NCBI RefSeq assembly: GCF_964194155.1
Contig: NC_135879.1
Location: forward strand, 213,466,001 to 213,530,000
Direction of reading: 5' to 3'
Origin: Cetorhinus maximus
Lineage: Eukaryota
Length of the DNA stretch: 64,000 bases
In this document: positions 38,764 to 51,387 of the stretch, piece by piece
Numbering within the stretch: the first letter of the stretch is position 1
How the letters are laid out: the number at the start of each line of letters is the position of its first letter
Notes under the pieces: model-generated
What the model saw: the letters and a program-made list of their open reading frames with translations, nothing else
Databases searched by the model: none
Told to the model about the DNA's origin: nothing
Translations under genes and position numbers: made by a program

Positions 38764-41700
38764 CTACCTGCTACGCTAGATGGCTTGATCTTTGACTTGG
38801 CAATGTGATTTGATTTTTCTTTTAGGTACCTACTTTTCATTTGGGTAACTTTGTTCTATCCAGGTTTCATTAAAAATGAAAAATCAGATGTTCTCATGTG
38901 CTAAAGTTAAATGTAAGATTTTTTGTTTTCTCAATGAAGGGCCAATAAGTAATCTACATTTATATGGGAATTGAGCTTTGCTTTCAGGTTAATAGGTCAA
39001 ATATAATTTGGGAACAGTAAATTATGCATTCTATCCCACGACTGAATTGCATCTGTAAGGTATGAATCTTGATGAGATTTTAATTCCATATTTTGTGAAC
39101 TGTTATAAGTTCTTTATAATCCTAAATTAAAAGATGTTCCAAATTGTGAATGACCTTGAGTGGATCTTGTTGAATGAGGTGTTTACCTTGTTCACTTGGA
39201 AAAATATTGTAATGCAGATGAATGTGTTCAATAATTGTGGTTTGTTCCATATAAGCCAGTGTTGTATGTTGTAAATGTTTTCCAACATTATTGATTCCAC
39301 TACCAAGGTGCAAGGAATGGCATTAATACTAAAAGTGGTCATAGTCTCTCGTAAGATTGATAATGTAGAGCCCTCATGCGGATAGATTTAACATCTTTAA
39401 ATTTAATCCTTAGATATAACTCATTTCAGTTTTATAATAGTTTCCATGCATAACTAGTTCAAGATGCATATTTAAGTATTCCTTCACAATTTCTTGAATT
39501 TGGCTTTGAGGAATTTCATAAACTCCAATTTTCCTTGGCCGGAAAAGATGAAATCCAATGAACTTTTATTTTAAAAATGTTATTTTAACTTTTATTGACC
39601 TTCTAATAAATACTTTGTAAAAAATCAGTGTGACAATTATCTTTCTAAGCATATGTATTGTTGTCAAAAGGCTTGGCATATTGCTACGAATCTGCTAAGA
39701 AAAGAAGCACCTTGTGCCAGTGTACTTGGTGATGCTCTTAATTCATCATTTCAAAATGGTGCCATCACTTAAACCATTTGTCAGCACCAGCACTTCATCC
39801 CAGCGTTCTATAACTCAATACTGTCCATCCACATCGAAAGACTAGAAGGATTAAATCAATAATCATGCATATTTTGATTTGTATGGTCATAATGCAGATA
39901 TTTCATCAAAACAAACACATCATAATACATTATTGAAATTTGAGCACCAATGCTGGTGTATTATTTTCTATAAAGACCTACACTGTTTATATAGAGATTA
40001 GTTCGGTATTCCTTGATTTAGATTCAAATCAGTGAAACTTCCAAAATGATAGACACGGGTGTTTTAAAAGAAACAGTACAAACTTGTGTATTTTGAGGGC
40101 CTTCCTGGCAACTTGGTGATAAGAGTGCTCATCAGGAGAGAAGGAATTCTTACTCCCAAGTTTTGTTGGAAATTTGTACTTGGCTTGGAAGTCACTGTGC
40201 CTTTGTTGCTCAAATGTGCCTCTCAGTAGATTGACCGAGGGAATTTTGGCAGCTACAGAAAATCCTCCAGTCTGCTTTGCATCAGTTGAGTGTGAGATTT
40301 AGTGAGGTGGGGAAGGGTATGGTATAACTAGGAGGAAATGATTTTATCCTTCCATTACAAGAAAATCCTGTAGTCTAGTTTGCTGCATAACACTGCAGAA
40401 TACAAAGGTCCTAAATTTAATCCTGGATTAGTACTGAATTATCTTCACTCAGGTGCTGCAATTAGCTCAACCCTTTAAGACTAAGAGGAGGAAAAATCAA
40501 CCAGGTTCTTGGCTGCAGATCATTATCTAGTGACTGACCCTTGTTGTTAAGAATGGCGAACTGAGTAACTTACCAGAGGGCAGTTGATCAAAACTATATC
40601 CCTGCACTAATTGGTGCAATGGGTGGATAGTGCTGATTTTAGAAAAGCAAGGGGTTAAAAAAAATTATTGCAATTAATATTTGTGTGCTGTAATGATTCT
40701 GAAACTATAGAGTTTTAAAATCTAAACTTTAATAAGTTTAATGTCCAATAAAGGATACGAAGTATTGAATTAGTTATGACCTGGACTACACTGCCCGTAA
40801 AGGCGGTGGAAAGTTTAATTTTAGATGGAGAAATGGATATATTTGCAAAGTCAATATTTGCATGGTTAAGTGGGAAAGCAAGACTAATTGAAGAGCTTTT
40901 CACGATGAGTCGAATGGCCTTGCCTTGTTCCGTAAAATTCTGTAGCCTTGTGGAAAATGTATAACTGTTACTATTTATCTTTCCCATCCTTCCTGGTTGT
41001 CATTTTTAGTATAGTGTTTTTACTTACATTAAGAAATTGCATCTTTTATTTGCTGTATAATTTCAATACAACATTAAAGTTCCATGTGTGTGGTTGATGA
41101 AACTATAATTTAGCAATCTCAAATTTCCTGCACCTTCATAGCAAGAGGGAATAAGTTCTTTTTGTTGGCCCATTCAAACTTGTCTTTGCATGTTTACCAT
41201 TTTAAATTATTGCCTCTAACTGTCATTAACTTCTATTCATTTGAAGATTTTTCACAAAATATTTGTTGGCAAAACCCATTTTAAAAGTTGTCCTTGGTTC
41301 AGGTGCTCCACACATCAGCAACAGATTACTGAAACTATATCTACTAAAAGGCTTAATAACGTTGTAGAGAAATACTTTCAAAACACCATGCTTGCTCTTT
41401 AATCTTCCCTGCATGAGGTTTTGAATATGTTTTTCAATTTCTTGTTGGGCTCACCACTTGGATTATTTTGGGTGTCTCATGGAGCTAATGAACTTCTCCA
41501 TTTAGTTAGCTTTTCGGAATTTGTGGAATATTTGAAGGGGAAATAATTTAGTTAGCTGGTCCCAATGCGGGGAAAGTAGTTCTGCAAGTTGAAGAAAATG
41601 GGACCTTTTATTTTACAAGATTACAAAATAAATTGTGACCAGGATGCCTTATGTTGAAGGTTTTGGTATGACACTTTGCTGGAAGTATTGGTAGACTGGG

Positions 41701-43282
41701 AGAGGAAGAAACTTTTTTGACCCTGGTTTGAGGGACTGGCAGACCGCAACCTTGTTGGAAAAGCTTGAGAGACTGCTGCAAAAGGGGGAGGGACACATTT
41801 TTATTTTAAATGTTTTCTCCCTTTCAGTATTGAAATGTCAATTAACAAGTAGGGAGTAGCACTACTTGCGCAGTTGGGCATGGGACTTGGGAAATGTTGG
41901 ATTTGGGCAGGTGAACAATGATTTTCGTTGCTTTACTGTGGAGCGTGGAGTAAACGGTAGCAATTCATGTTGCAATATGAGGGTTAAGCTTGTGAATAGT
42001 AAATAACCAAGAGTGAATATGTGAGTGACAAGTGACCATTGATATGTCAAATGATCAAGATGAGAGAGAAGGGCAATATGAAAACCTTTGAATTAATGGA
42101 TAAAAGTTGCATGATTTGGAACAGTTGGAATAATTTGAGAGACTGTTGTGCACATAAGCTGTAAACCTGTTAAAGATTTCATTCAAGGCAATGATGAATG
42201 ATTCATCAAAATGTTAGAAGCAGAGTTCCTGAAATGTATAATGAATGTCACGGTAAGTTGGGAATTTGGAACTTGTATAAGTTTCAAAAAGAAGTGATAT
42301 AAGGGCAATAGGTAGTAGTTTAATAAGTTGGGGTTTTTTGTGAATGAAGCATTTTGAATATGAGCAAATGAGCATTTCCAAAGTGAAGAATGTGTAGATT
42401 GAAGAGAAGACATGGGACAAGGTTTGGAGGCAGATTATCTTGAGGAACATAGTAGGAATGCTTTCAGCACCAGAGTAGTTCACGCAACCCAGAGGTCAGA
42501 TTAGCCTGTCTGGGTTAAAAATTGATATTGGTCTAAGTCTAGCAGAACAGCACAGGAGATATTTTAATTAAAGTGTTGGGAGAGTTTAAGGAAAGCCCAA
42601 AAAACTGCTTTCTTTTCAAAATCTAGCAAGTGCCGTCTGGATGGGATAAGAGTGGAAAAAGAGCAGAAAGAGGGCAACTGACAGTTTCGGCAGGGGGCCA
42701 AGAAGTATTAGAACATTTAGCTGGAGGGGCTGAAAGACCACTTGACATTCTTTTGTGTATACGATATACTATTTCTAAATAGCATTTTGTAGTGCTGGTA
42801 GCTTGTTGTCAGGAACTGTTCATCTTAGAATTTGTATTTGCCTTATGCGGTTTTTTTTAGGCTCAAATTTTTGATCCCTATTGGTCCAGAGGATCTAACA
42901 AAGGAAGTTGGCCACCCTAGTACAGTTTGATGTCTAACTAGGATTCATAACAGTGCTGAAACAAATACTTTTTGCTATTTGCATCTGGTACTAAATGTAA
43001 TACGTGTGGAGAATGTGAACTAAAGGATAAGCTGTGGTGCACTTTTACAGTCAGTTGATTTTATCTTAATATTGCATATTGTGATTACAGTTGAGATTCA
43101 TAACTTCCCTTGTTTTGTTTTAAAGGTTCCTTCATTTGAACAAAATTTAATGGCCATTTTTAATAAATATCATCTTTAATGCTGTCTTTACCTTGATTAT
43201 ATTCAATATTTTGTATATTTGGGCTGAAGGGAAAATATGAAGTGTTAAGTGCCTACTTGTTTATCACAAAATTATTTTGAAG

Positions 43283-43357
43283 CATGCTTTGTGAAAAATG
43301 TCTCTTGTTTCTGGCATGCATTGTGGAGCAACAACCACTATGCAATAAGCTTCCATG
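43283..43357 (+). other. Candidate alternative 75-nt exon upstream of exon 3
   Basis: gaag|C ATG...CCATG|GTAAGT; open and in frame with exon 3 (phase 2-2); weak polypyrimidine tract. Confidence 0.25.
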
Positions 43358-43538
43358 GTAAGTTGATCAAATGCATTTTCTCCTTTTTTTTCCTAAAACT
43401 TATTGTTTGAGTGGAACCTTGACATTTCTTATTTTAAAGAGACTTATTTTTATGTTTGTCTACATGTATGATCCTCCATCAGCTTTTCACTACACCATGC
43501 CCCATGTTTACCCTTTTTTTTTCTAATTTTATGCACAG

Positions 43539-43628
43539 CACATGCTCTGAAATTTGGGGACTGAGTACACCTGGTACAGTAGATCAGTGGGATACAACAG
43601 GCCTTTACAGCTTTCCTGAGCAAACCAG
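43539..43628 (+). CDS. SMAD2: SMAD2 exon equivalent to human exon 3 (30-aa MH1 insert)
   Basis: Splice context cacag|C...ACCAG|gtgaat; 90 nt, phase 2-2. Translates (S)TCSEIWGLSTPGTVDQWDTTGLYSFPEQT(R), the SMAD2-specific insert absent from SMAD3. Confidence 0.97.
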
Positions 43629-44331
43629 GTGAATATACAGTCACTAAAAGCTCTGTTCTTCCACACAGTGAGATGTTGGGATTAATTTGTGGGCATTTGA
43701 GAATTGTCAATGTTTGAATTCACTTTTGGTGTTTTTAGTTGTCTCTTTTTGTGGATTAAAAAAAAAGGCAAATAAAAACTGAGTGGTGGAAATACACAGC
43801 ACATCAACATCGAAAAGAGGGTCTACACCCAAAATGTTAACCTATCTTTTTTTCTTTACAAATGCAGATGTGCCTGATGTGTACTTCCGGTATTTTGTTC
43901 TAAATCTGATTTTGTGACAAATCTTGTGTAATTTATAAGCCAAATAATAAGACATGTATTTGTATTTAAAAGGGCTAATCCCAATAGCTGTTTCTACATA
44001 ACTTTCTGCTAATGACAGGTTAACTGTTCAAACAAAATAATGTTTACTAGGTTTCTAGTACTAGTATCAGTAATGGGAATATAATTTGAAAAGATGTTAT
44101 CTAGATTATAGCTATGATAATGGACATAGTCCATGTTTTAAAAATTATTACATGTTTTTAAATCTTTTACGAGCAGTGGGTAAGTCTGACAATAGGTGAG
44201 GATTTCTTGCATTGAGTTTTGACATGTACATAACTCTTCCTTGTGTGCTTGAGATTTTGATTATCCATATTCAAGCTATAAGTTATGACTTTCACATCAA
44301 TGCTATTTTCAGGATCCTGCCTTCAAGAAAA

Positions 44332-44517
44332 GCTTTGATCAGCCAGCACCTGTGGAGAGAGAAACAGAGTTAACGTTGCAGTTCTGATGAAATGTTATTG
44401 ATCTGAAGCGTTAACTCTGTTTCTCTCTCCACAGTTGCTGCCAGACCTGCTGAATATTTTTTCTTTATTGTAGATTTTCAACATCTGCAGTATTTTGCTT
44501 TTGTATTAGGCTTTGAT
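44332..44517. mobile_element. Fold-back PLE-terminal-repeat element with 8-bp TSD
   Basis: Arms 44344-44375 and 44409-44440 (31/32 complementary) enclose CTGATGA at 44384; GCTTTGAT at both ends. Confidence 0.8.
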
Positions 44518-46114
44518 TTAACATTTGACCCCTTTTGCTCAAATGTCACGTTCTATTAAAAATTCTAGGAGAGATTTAAAGACTGCTTCAGCTTGTACAG
44601 TTGATTAAATCGCAAACTAAAGCACCATGTAGTTGACCCACATGGCTCATTTGTACCCTACTGCCTCTCAATAAATAAGTAAATTACTGTATGCAGTCTC
44701 GGTTCTAATGTACATCAGCATTAACCTTCCTGGAAACCATTGCAGCCTGAAGAATTATCCTCAATGCGAGGAGAGATGTTAGATGAAGATTCTCTGAGAT
44801 ATTGCACTGGTATTATGTTGCTGGACTTTGCATTGAAAGCTTATTCCATTCTTATTCCACCAATCACCCATGCTGAATTATCATTTGTGTAACTAGTGTA
44901 ACCTCTTCATTTTCACAAACATGCCCACATCCTGGCCAGCCAAGTTATTTATAAATATCCTTAATTTTTCTGTAGATTTTTCTTGCTCATATCAAATACT
45001 CAAGGATTTTTTGTATTGCCCATGACGAGCATCATTCTGTCCTGATGTCGAAGGGACATATACTCCTAAAGAATTAATTCTTGAATTAACTGTCTAGTTA
45101 TTGATAGGGTAGAAAAGCTTTTGAGGATCATAATTTGTTCAATCATCTAAAATGACTTAAGTTTTTACAGTACCATTCTGAAGACTTTTGATATTTTCAT
45201 GTGTGTTCTGGATTATGTTTCACCAGGAAACATAATGATGCTGCTGAAAGTTTCTTTGCCCTCCTGTGCAGCTTTTTGTTGGGAGTTACAATTTCAAACC
45301 TGATTGTAACTCCAGGATTGTTAACCTTCATTCTTCAACAGTCTCAGTTTATAAATTGATTTCCGAATGTTGATTACCTACCATATCCGATTGCTGCCTA
45401 CCATGTCCGATTGAGGTTTGATTAGAAATTTGATGCCAGGGCTTGCTTACACCAAAGAAATTTTTACCTGTGAATTATGCATGACCACATTGGTTGTTTA
45501 GTCATGCACATGATAAATCCTAATGGAACACTTCAGTGGCCAATTATGCTTTTTGCGCAGACAGTTCACACTGTCTGGCAAGTGTTTGCTTAATTAAATG
45601 CAAATATCAACAGACTCAACTTCATTCAGCCATACTTTTAGAAAGCACTATAACATTTAGACTGCACTTAAAATTCAACAGATACAGCAGAGTTGTATTT
45701 ATTGAATGTACTTGCATTATTTGTTCTGATACCTTTATAACTAATATATTCCTGGGTTTCTTTTGAGTTTTGAAGAAAATATCTTCCTTTCAGGGAAGAG
45801 TCAAGCTGATTCTCCTTTTACATTGAAATTACTCAAAAGATCATGCCTTCTGATGGAATATTGGAACTGATTATGCCCAGTGTGATGGCAGAGAAGGAAA
45901 CCTGATTAGACTAATTCAAACATGGAGTTCCATTTAAGATGGGCACAGATTTGGGTCGAGGTAGGAGAGCAATATGTTCAATAACTTTGTAGAAGAAAGG
46001 AAATTTGGAGATGGGAGGATAGTTTGAAAGGACAAGAGGGATTAAACAGGGTTTTTGATGAGTGGAGATGCGACAGCAAAAATGAGAGTGCATGGAACTA
46101 GAGGAAACCTATTG

Positions 46115-46960
46115 ATATGCATAGAGAAACTGGCAGATAATCACACTATCCTCCACTCTGTTACTTCATCAAAGAACTTGATCAAGTTCGTCAAACATGA
46201 TTTGCCTTTAACAAATCCACGCTGACTTGCATTTATTAACCCATACCTCTCTCAATGCCAATTCATTTTGTCCTAAGTTATTGCCTACAAGTTTCTCCAC
46301 CATTGATGTTAGTCCGGCTGCCCTGCAATTGCCAGGTTTATAACTTCTATTTTTCTTAAAATAGATGTAGTATTTGTGACATCTTTTGGTTATCTCCACC
46401 TATCACTGGCCCTCTATCCAGCTCTTCTTGTCCCACCACCCCCTTAAACCAGATTATATTTCACCTCTCTTCTATTTTTACTTAGTTCTGTTGAAGGGTC
46501 ATTCGGACTCGAAACGTTAACTGTGCTCCTATCCGCAAATGCTGCCAGACCTGCTGAGTTTTTCTAGGTGTTTTTTGTTTTGTAGTATTTGTAATCCTCC
46601 AGTCTTTTGGCACCAACTCCATATCCAAGGGGGATTCCCTTAATGACCTAGGATGCATCCCATCCAGGCTGCGTGACTTTTCTACTTCAAGGACTGCCAT
46701 CTTTTAGCCCCTGGAATATTGTTACTGCTTCCTTCTTTACTGGTACATTGGCTTCATTCTCTTCTCTAGTGAAAGCAGATGAAAAGTACTTATTTAGTAA
46801 CTTCAGCCATGCCCTTACCTTCCATAGAATGACCTGTCTCATCTCTATTTGGCTTAACCCTTCTCTTGTCTACCCATTTTACTATTTGTTTATCAGAGAC
46901 TTTGTGCTCACTTTTATGTTGGCTGTTAATGTATTCGCATGCTCTTTTTGCTCCTCTTAT
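46115..46960 (-). mobile_element. CR1 fragment interrupted by a PLE repeat
   Basis: EKSRSLDGMHP and PKDWRITN motifs; colinear across the insert. Confidence 0.8.
46366..46592 (+). mobile_element. Solo PLE terminal repeat with 12-bp TSD
   Basis: TGTAGTATTTGT at 46366-46377 and 46581-46592; hammerhead-like motif at 46484-46522. Confidence 0.85.
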
Positions 46961-46969
46961 TTCCTTTTT

Positions 46970-47430
46970 GACATCAAGGCTTTGGAGTGGGTGCAGGAGC
47001 AATTTGCTAGAATGGTACCTGGGATGCAGGATTTCAGTTACGTTGAGATTAGAAAAGCTGGGATTGTTCTTCTTAGAGCAGGGAAGGCCAAGAGAGATGC
47101 AAGAGATGTTTAAAGTCATGAAGGGCTTTAATATAGTAAATAGGAAAAGATGTTTCTGGTAACAGAATGGTTGGCAACCAAAGAATGCAGATTAAAGGTA
47201 ATTAGCAAAAGAGCTAGAGTTGTTGAAATCGGGAATACATTAGCTGAAAGAGTGGTGGAAGCAGGTTCAATAATCCCTTTCAAATGGGAATTGGATAAAT
47301 GTGGGAAAAATTGCAGGGCTATGAGGAAAGGGCAGAGGAATGGCACTAATTGGATAACTCTTAGAGCTTGCACAGGTAAAATGGGCCAAATGACCCCCTA
47401 ATATGTTCTATCATTCTATGATCCCTATTA
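46970..47430 (+). mobile_element. CR1 3' end
   Basis: DIKALEWVQEQFARMVPGM and a ttctatcattctatga tail. Confidence 0.8.
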
Positions 47431-47729
47431 CCACTTGGCTATTTTTTTGGCTGCTGCACAGGACTCAGTAGTGCCAAGTGAAGAGAATTTTGCATCACTG
47501 AAAATAAGCTCCACTGTAAATCATGTTAGAGAAGCATTAGCAACTTGACTGGTAACACATTACAAATAAAATAACAGCCGTGTCAGAGTTATTTAGCTTG
47601 TGAGGTAGCAACACACGTAAACCATTCTTTTGGTGCAGTATTATATGGTGGACTTTTGTTGGTTGGTACTGTTTTTGAAATGTTCAATTGAAGAAAGCAA
47701 TGTGCCCTGTAACTGCATATCTGCGCCAT

Positions 47730-48375
47730 CATGAAGAACTGCCTATTTTCAGCTTTAACATCGCCTGACTTTGCCCCTGCCTCTGCCCATTTGTTGCTGA
47801 AATCCTCATTTGTGCCTTTGTTAACTCCAGATTTGACAGTTCCAATGTACTATTGGCTGGTCTGTTTCATTCTAAGCTCGAACCTTGGGTCATCCAAAAC
47901 TCTGCTGTCCCTGCTTTAACTCATGGTAAATCCCATTCCTCCATTACCTTTGGGCTTGCTAACTTCCCAGTCAAGCAACAGCTCGATTTTAAAATTCTCA
48001 TCCTTGTTTTCAAATCCTCCATTGCCTCGCTGTTTCCCCTCAGCCTCGTCCCTAGCACCGCCTCCTCCCCAAATCTCTGCTCTAGCCCCAAAGCTCTCCC
48101 AGACATCTGCACTCACCTAAACCTGGCCTCTTGAGCATCCCTAATTCTAATTGCCCTCAGCTACCTCTGCTCTAAGCTCTGGGTTCCCTCAAATCTGACT
48201 TTCCACCCCTCTTTCATCTTATAAGACACATTAAAGCCTATCTCTTTGACAAAGGTTTTTACCATCTGCTCTAAATCTCCTAATGTAGCTCAGTGTCTGT
48301 CATGCTGTATAATGCTCCTGTGAAGGGCCTTGGGACGTTTCACTGTTATAGATAGATACAAGTAAATGCAAGTTG
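47730..48375 (+). mobile_element. L2 3' end
   Basis: VIQNSA.., PVKQQLDFKILILVFKS and an aaatgcaagttg tail. Confidence 0.8.
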
Positions 48376-48421
48376 CAACCTGCAATTTTAGATACTAATG
48401 AGAAAACCTATTTGTCTTTCA

Positions 48422-49960
48422 AGAGAAAATGCCAGATATGCTCAGTAGGTCAGGCAGCATCTGTGGAGAGAGAAACGAGGTTGACATTTCAGGTCGGTAA
48501 CTTTTTGTAAGAACTGGAATATGTTACAGATGTAATAGGTTTTAAGGAAGCACAGAGGCAGGGAAGTTGGGAGAGGAAAGAACAAAAGAGGAAGATCTGT
48601 GATGAGGTGGAACACAGGTGTGAATTAATGACAAAAGGGATGGCAATGGGGCAAGTAAATAAAAAGATTAGGCTAGAGTTGTAAATAACAACAGAATCTT
48701 TCTTCAGTACCCTGCTGTCTGTGGAGAAATGGAAATGCTGTTTCTGACCCTGATTGTTGAAGTTCAGAAGACTGTAAAATGCCCAATCGAGAGACGACGT
48801 GCTGTTCCATGAGCTTCTGTTGAGCTTCATTGGAACAGTGTAGGGGAGAGAGAAGTGGGAGTGGCTGGAAAATTAAACTGGCAATCGATGGGAAGTTCAG
48901 GGCCACACTTGCAGGCAGAACAGGCCTTCAGCAAAGGGATCACACTCTGCGTTTGGTCTTTCCGGTGTAGAGGGACTTCTTTGTGAACAATGAATATGGT
49001 ACACTAGCTTGAAAGAAGCACAAGTAAATCACTGTTTCACCTGGAAGGAATGTTTGTGGTCCTGGAAAGTGGGAAGGGAGGAAGTAAACAGACATTATCT
49101 ATGCTTGCATGGGAATGTGCTGGGAAGAGTAGCAGGTGTTGGAGATGATAGAAGAAGGGAACAGCCCCAGGAATGCTGAAAGGGGAGCAAAAGATGTGTT
49201 TGGTGGCATTATGCTGCAGGTGGTGGAAGTGGTGAAGGATGATGTGTTGAATATGGAGGCAGATGTATTGGAATGTTAGGACAAGTAGAAGCTTATCATG
49301 GTTCTGTGAGGCAGGGAAGAGTTGAGAGCAGGTATAGAAAATATGCTGGGACTCCACTGAGGCGTGTCAACCACAGTGGAGGGGAATCCTTTGAGGGAAT
49401 AGGAACATGTTTCTGAAGCATTGGTATGGAAAGTTGCATCATACTGAGGACCGGAAGGGAAAAGTTGGAAATAGACTATATGAAGATGAGAGTGGACTGG
49501 AGATTTGAAGCAAATTTGAAGTTTTCCACAGGGTGGGGCAATAATGTGACTGGGCACATTATGACCTTCCGTATTCAACATAGTGTTCAACAATTTCAGG
49601 TTATAATCATTGCTCCCTTTTTTGAACAGCAGGCCCTGGTAATAATTCTGTTGTTGCCATTTATAGTTTCTTTTCTTTTTATAACACGTTCCATTAACAT
49701 CCTGTTTTGCCATGCAGCATTGTCCCTTTTCTCATTTAATCACTCCAGCCTTCCATCCCATCATAGACCACCCCTATTGTCCTCAACTGCCCCTTTCCCT
49801 GTTTCTGTTCTTGCTTAAAACCTGTTAACATCCATAACATTTTCTGTGATAAAAGACTGTTGATTTGAAATGTTAACGATTTCTCTCTCCACAGATACTG
49901 CCTGACCTGAGTATTTTCAGCATTTCCTGATTTATATTTCAGATTTCCAACATCCAGTGT
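48422..49960. mobile_element. Penelope-like element, inverted arrangement (minus-strand body ~48422-49555, + strand 3' end ~49556-49960)
   Basis: Terminal-repeat sequence at both ends in opposite orientation; EAQQKLMEQHVVSRLGILQ endonuclease C-terminal remnant. Confidence 0.75.
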
Positions 49961-50869
49961 TTGACCTTTACATTTGACTGTAGCAATGGCTTAAGCTGTT
50001 TTATCTTTAACTCTCTCCAGCAAGACAAAACAACTCCCTTTCTATGATCCTGCATTTAGCCATCACAAAGAAGTGTGCTGTCTTTGGCCTCCACTGTTTT
50101 TGTATTCAAGATCAACTATTATAACCAGGGAGAAAGAAAAATAAGAATACAATTCTGCATTTGAAAATAGTTTGTGTCTTGCTGAATTGGAGGTTTTGTC
50201 TACTGGTGGGCTAAAAATGGATTATTTTATATTACTGAGTTATAATAAAGCAACAGGAAGTGAGCACTCTGTAGTCTGAGATATTGTGTGGTGTTTATAC
50301 ACCTCGAATGTAATTGAAACTCAAGCCTATGTTCTGTAACTGTTTGAATTGCTTGAATGAGCCTCAATGTGAACTGAAACATTTACTTGTTTCCCCTTTT
50401 TACTTTTCCATACTTACTGAACACAAAATTGGAATATTAATACTTGATGGTAATTTCATTGGATAGAGACCCTTCCCATCCACATTTTTCTTTTCATTGA
50501 AGGCACCAACTCTTGCTGTTATTGATTTTAAATATGCTGGTAACTTTCTCATACCTCCCTCAAGTTGCCATTCTACCTGTATGATTGTTGATATTGTGTT
50601 GGGAGGGTTTTTGACTTGAGGACAGCTGTACCTAATCATGTTGTTCTCCTCTCTTGATATCCACATAAGTACTTCCTAGTGATCATGAGAAAGAACCTTG
50701 GCTAATTTTCTGTTTTTCCATGCCCACCCCTAGATCTAAATCATAATATCTCAACTGCTGCACTTGCTAAGATCCAAAATTTCACCTCTGACCAAAAATC
50801 AAACCTAGCACTTTTGGGTTTGTGTGCCTTGGTGATCCTTTTACATTGAACAGCATTGTCTGTTATGCC

Positions 50870-51185
50870 GTCAAACATGGCAGCTATTTTTGGCACAAGA
50901 ATCTGCAAACAGCAGTGAGATGAATGACTTTTAATGTGTTTTGGTCATCTTGGTTGAGAGAGAAATAGTGACATACCACAGGAGATGACTTGAACCTTTC
51001 ATGCTTGCAGTCATAGTTTAACATCTTATCGAAAGTCTACTTCCTTGCAATGGTGCGACACAATCTCACTACAGCACTGGAATGTCAGTCTTGGTTATGT
51101 GTTAAAGTCCTGGTGTGGAACTTGAATTTATAAACTTGTGATTTGAGATGAGAGCAGTATTGACTCAGCCAAACTGTCACAAGGC
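50870..51185 (-). mobile_element. DeuSINE-like SINE
   Basis: Colinear with 34170-34465. Confidence 0.55.
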
Positions 51186-51387
51186 CATTGAAGGAGTGGA
51201 TGTAAAATGCGATCTTTGAGAGCTAACCTAGTTATATCAAATGTAGATTTCAATAAATTTATGTTGCTTGCTCTTGTCCTACATGTCCAGTACTGTTGCT
51301 GGTGGCTATGGCCCCAGTCTGGCAACAGTACTGTAGTATTAGAAATGCTGCTTTTTGCTTAGGTTATGACTTGAATACCTTGCCACC

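Noticed and set aside
1-43538. First coding exon of SMAD2 (MSSILPFTPP...)
   Set aside because: Not found by eye or in the ORF track; presumably upstream of the window.
45017-45060. ATGACGA-GCATCA..TGATGT-CGAAG hairpin as a hammerhead, C/D snoRNA or SECIS
   Set aside because: The core deviates at both CUGA and GAAA, box spacing is too short for a snoRNA, and the location is intronic.
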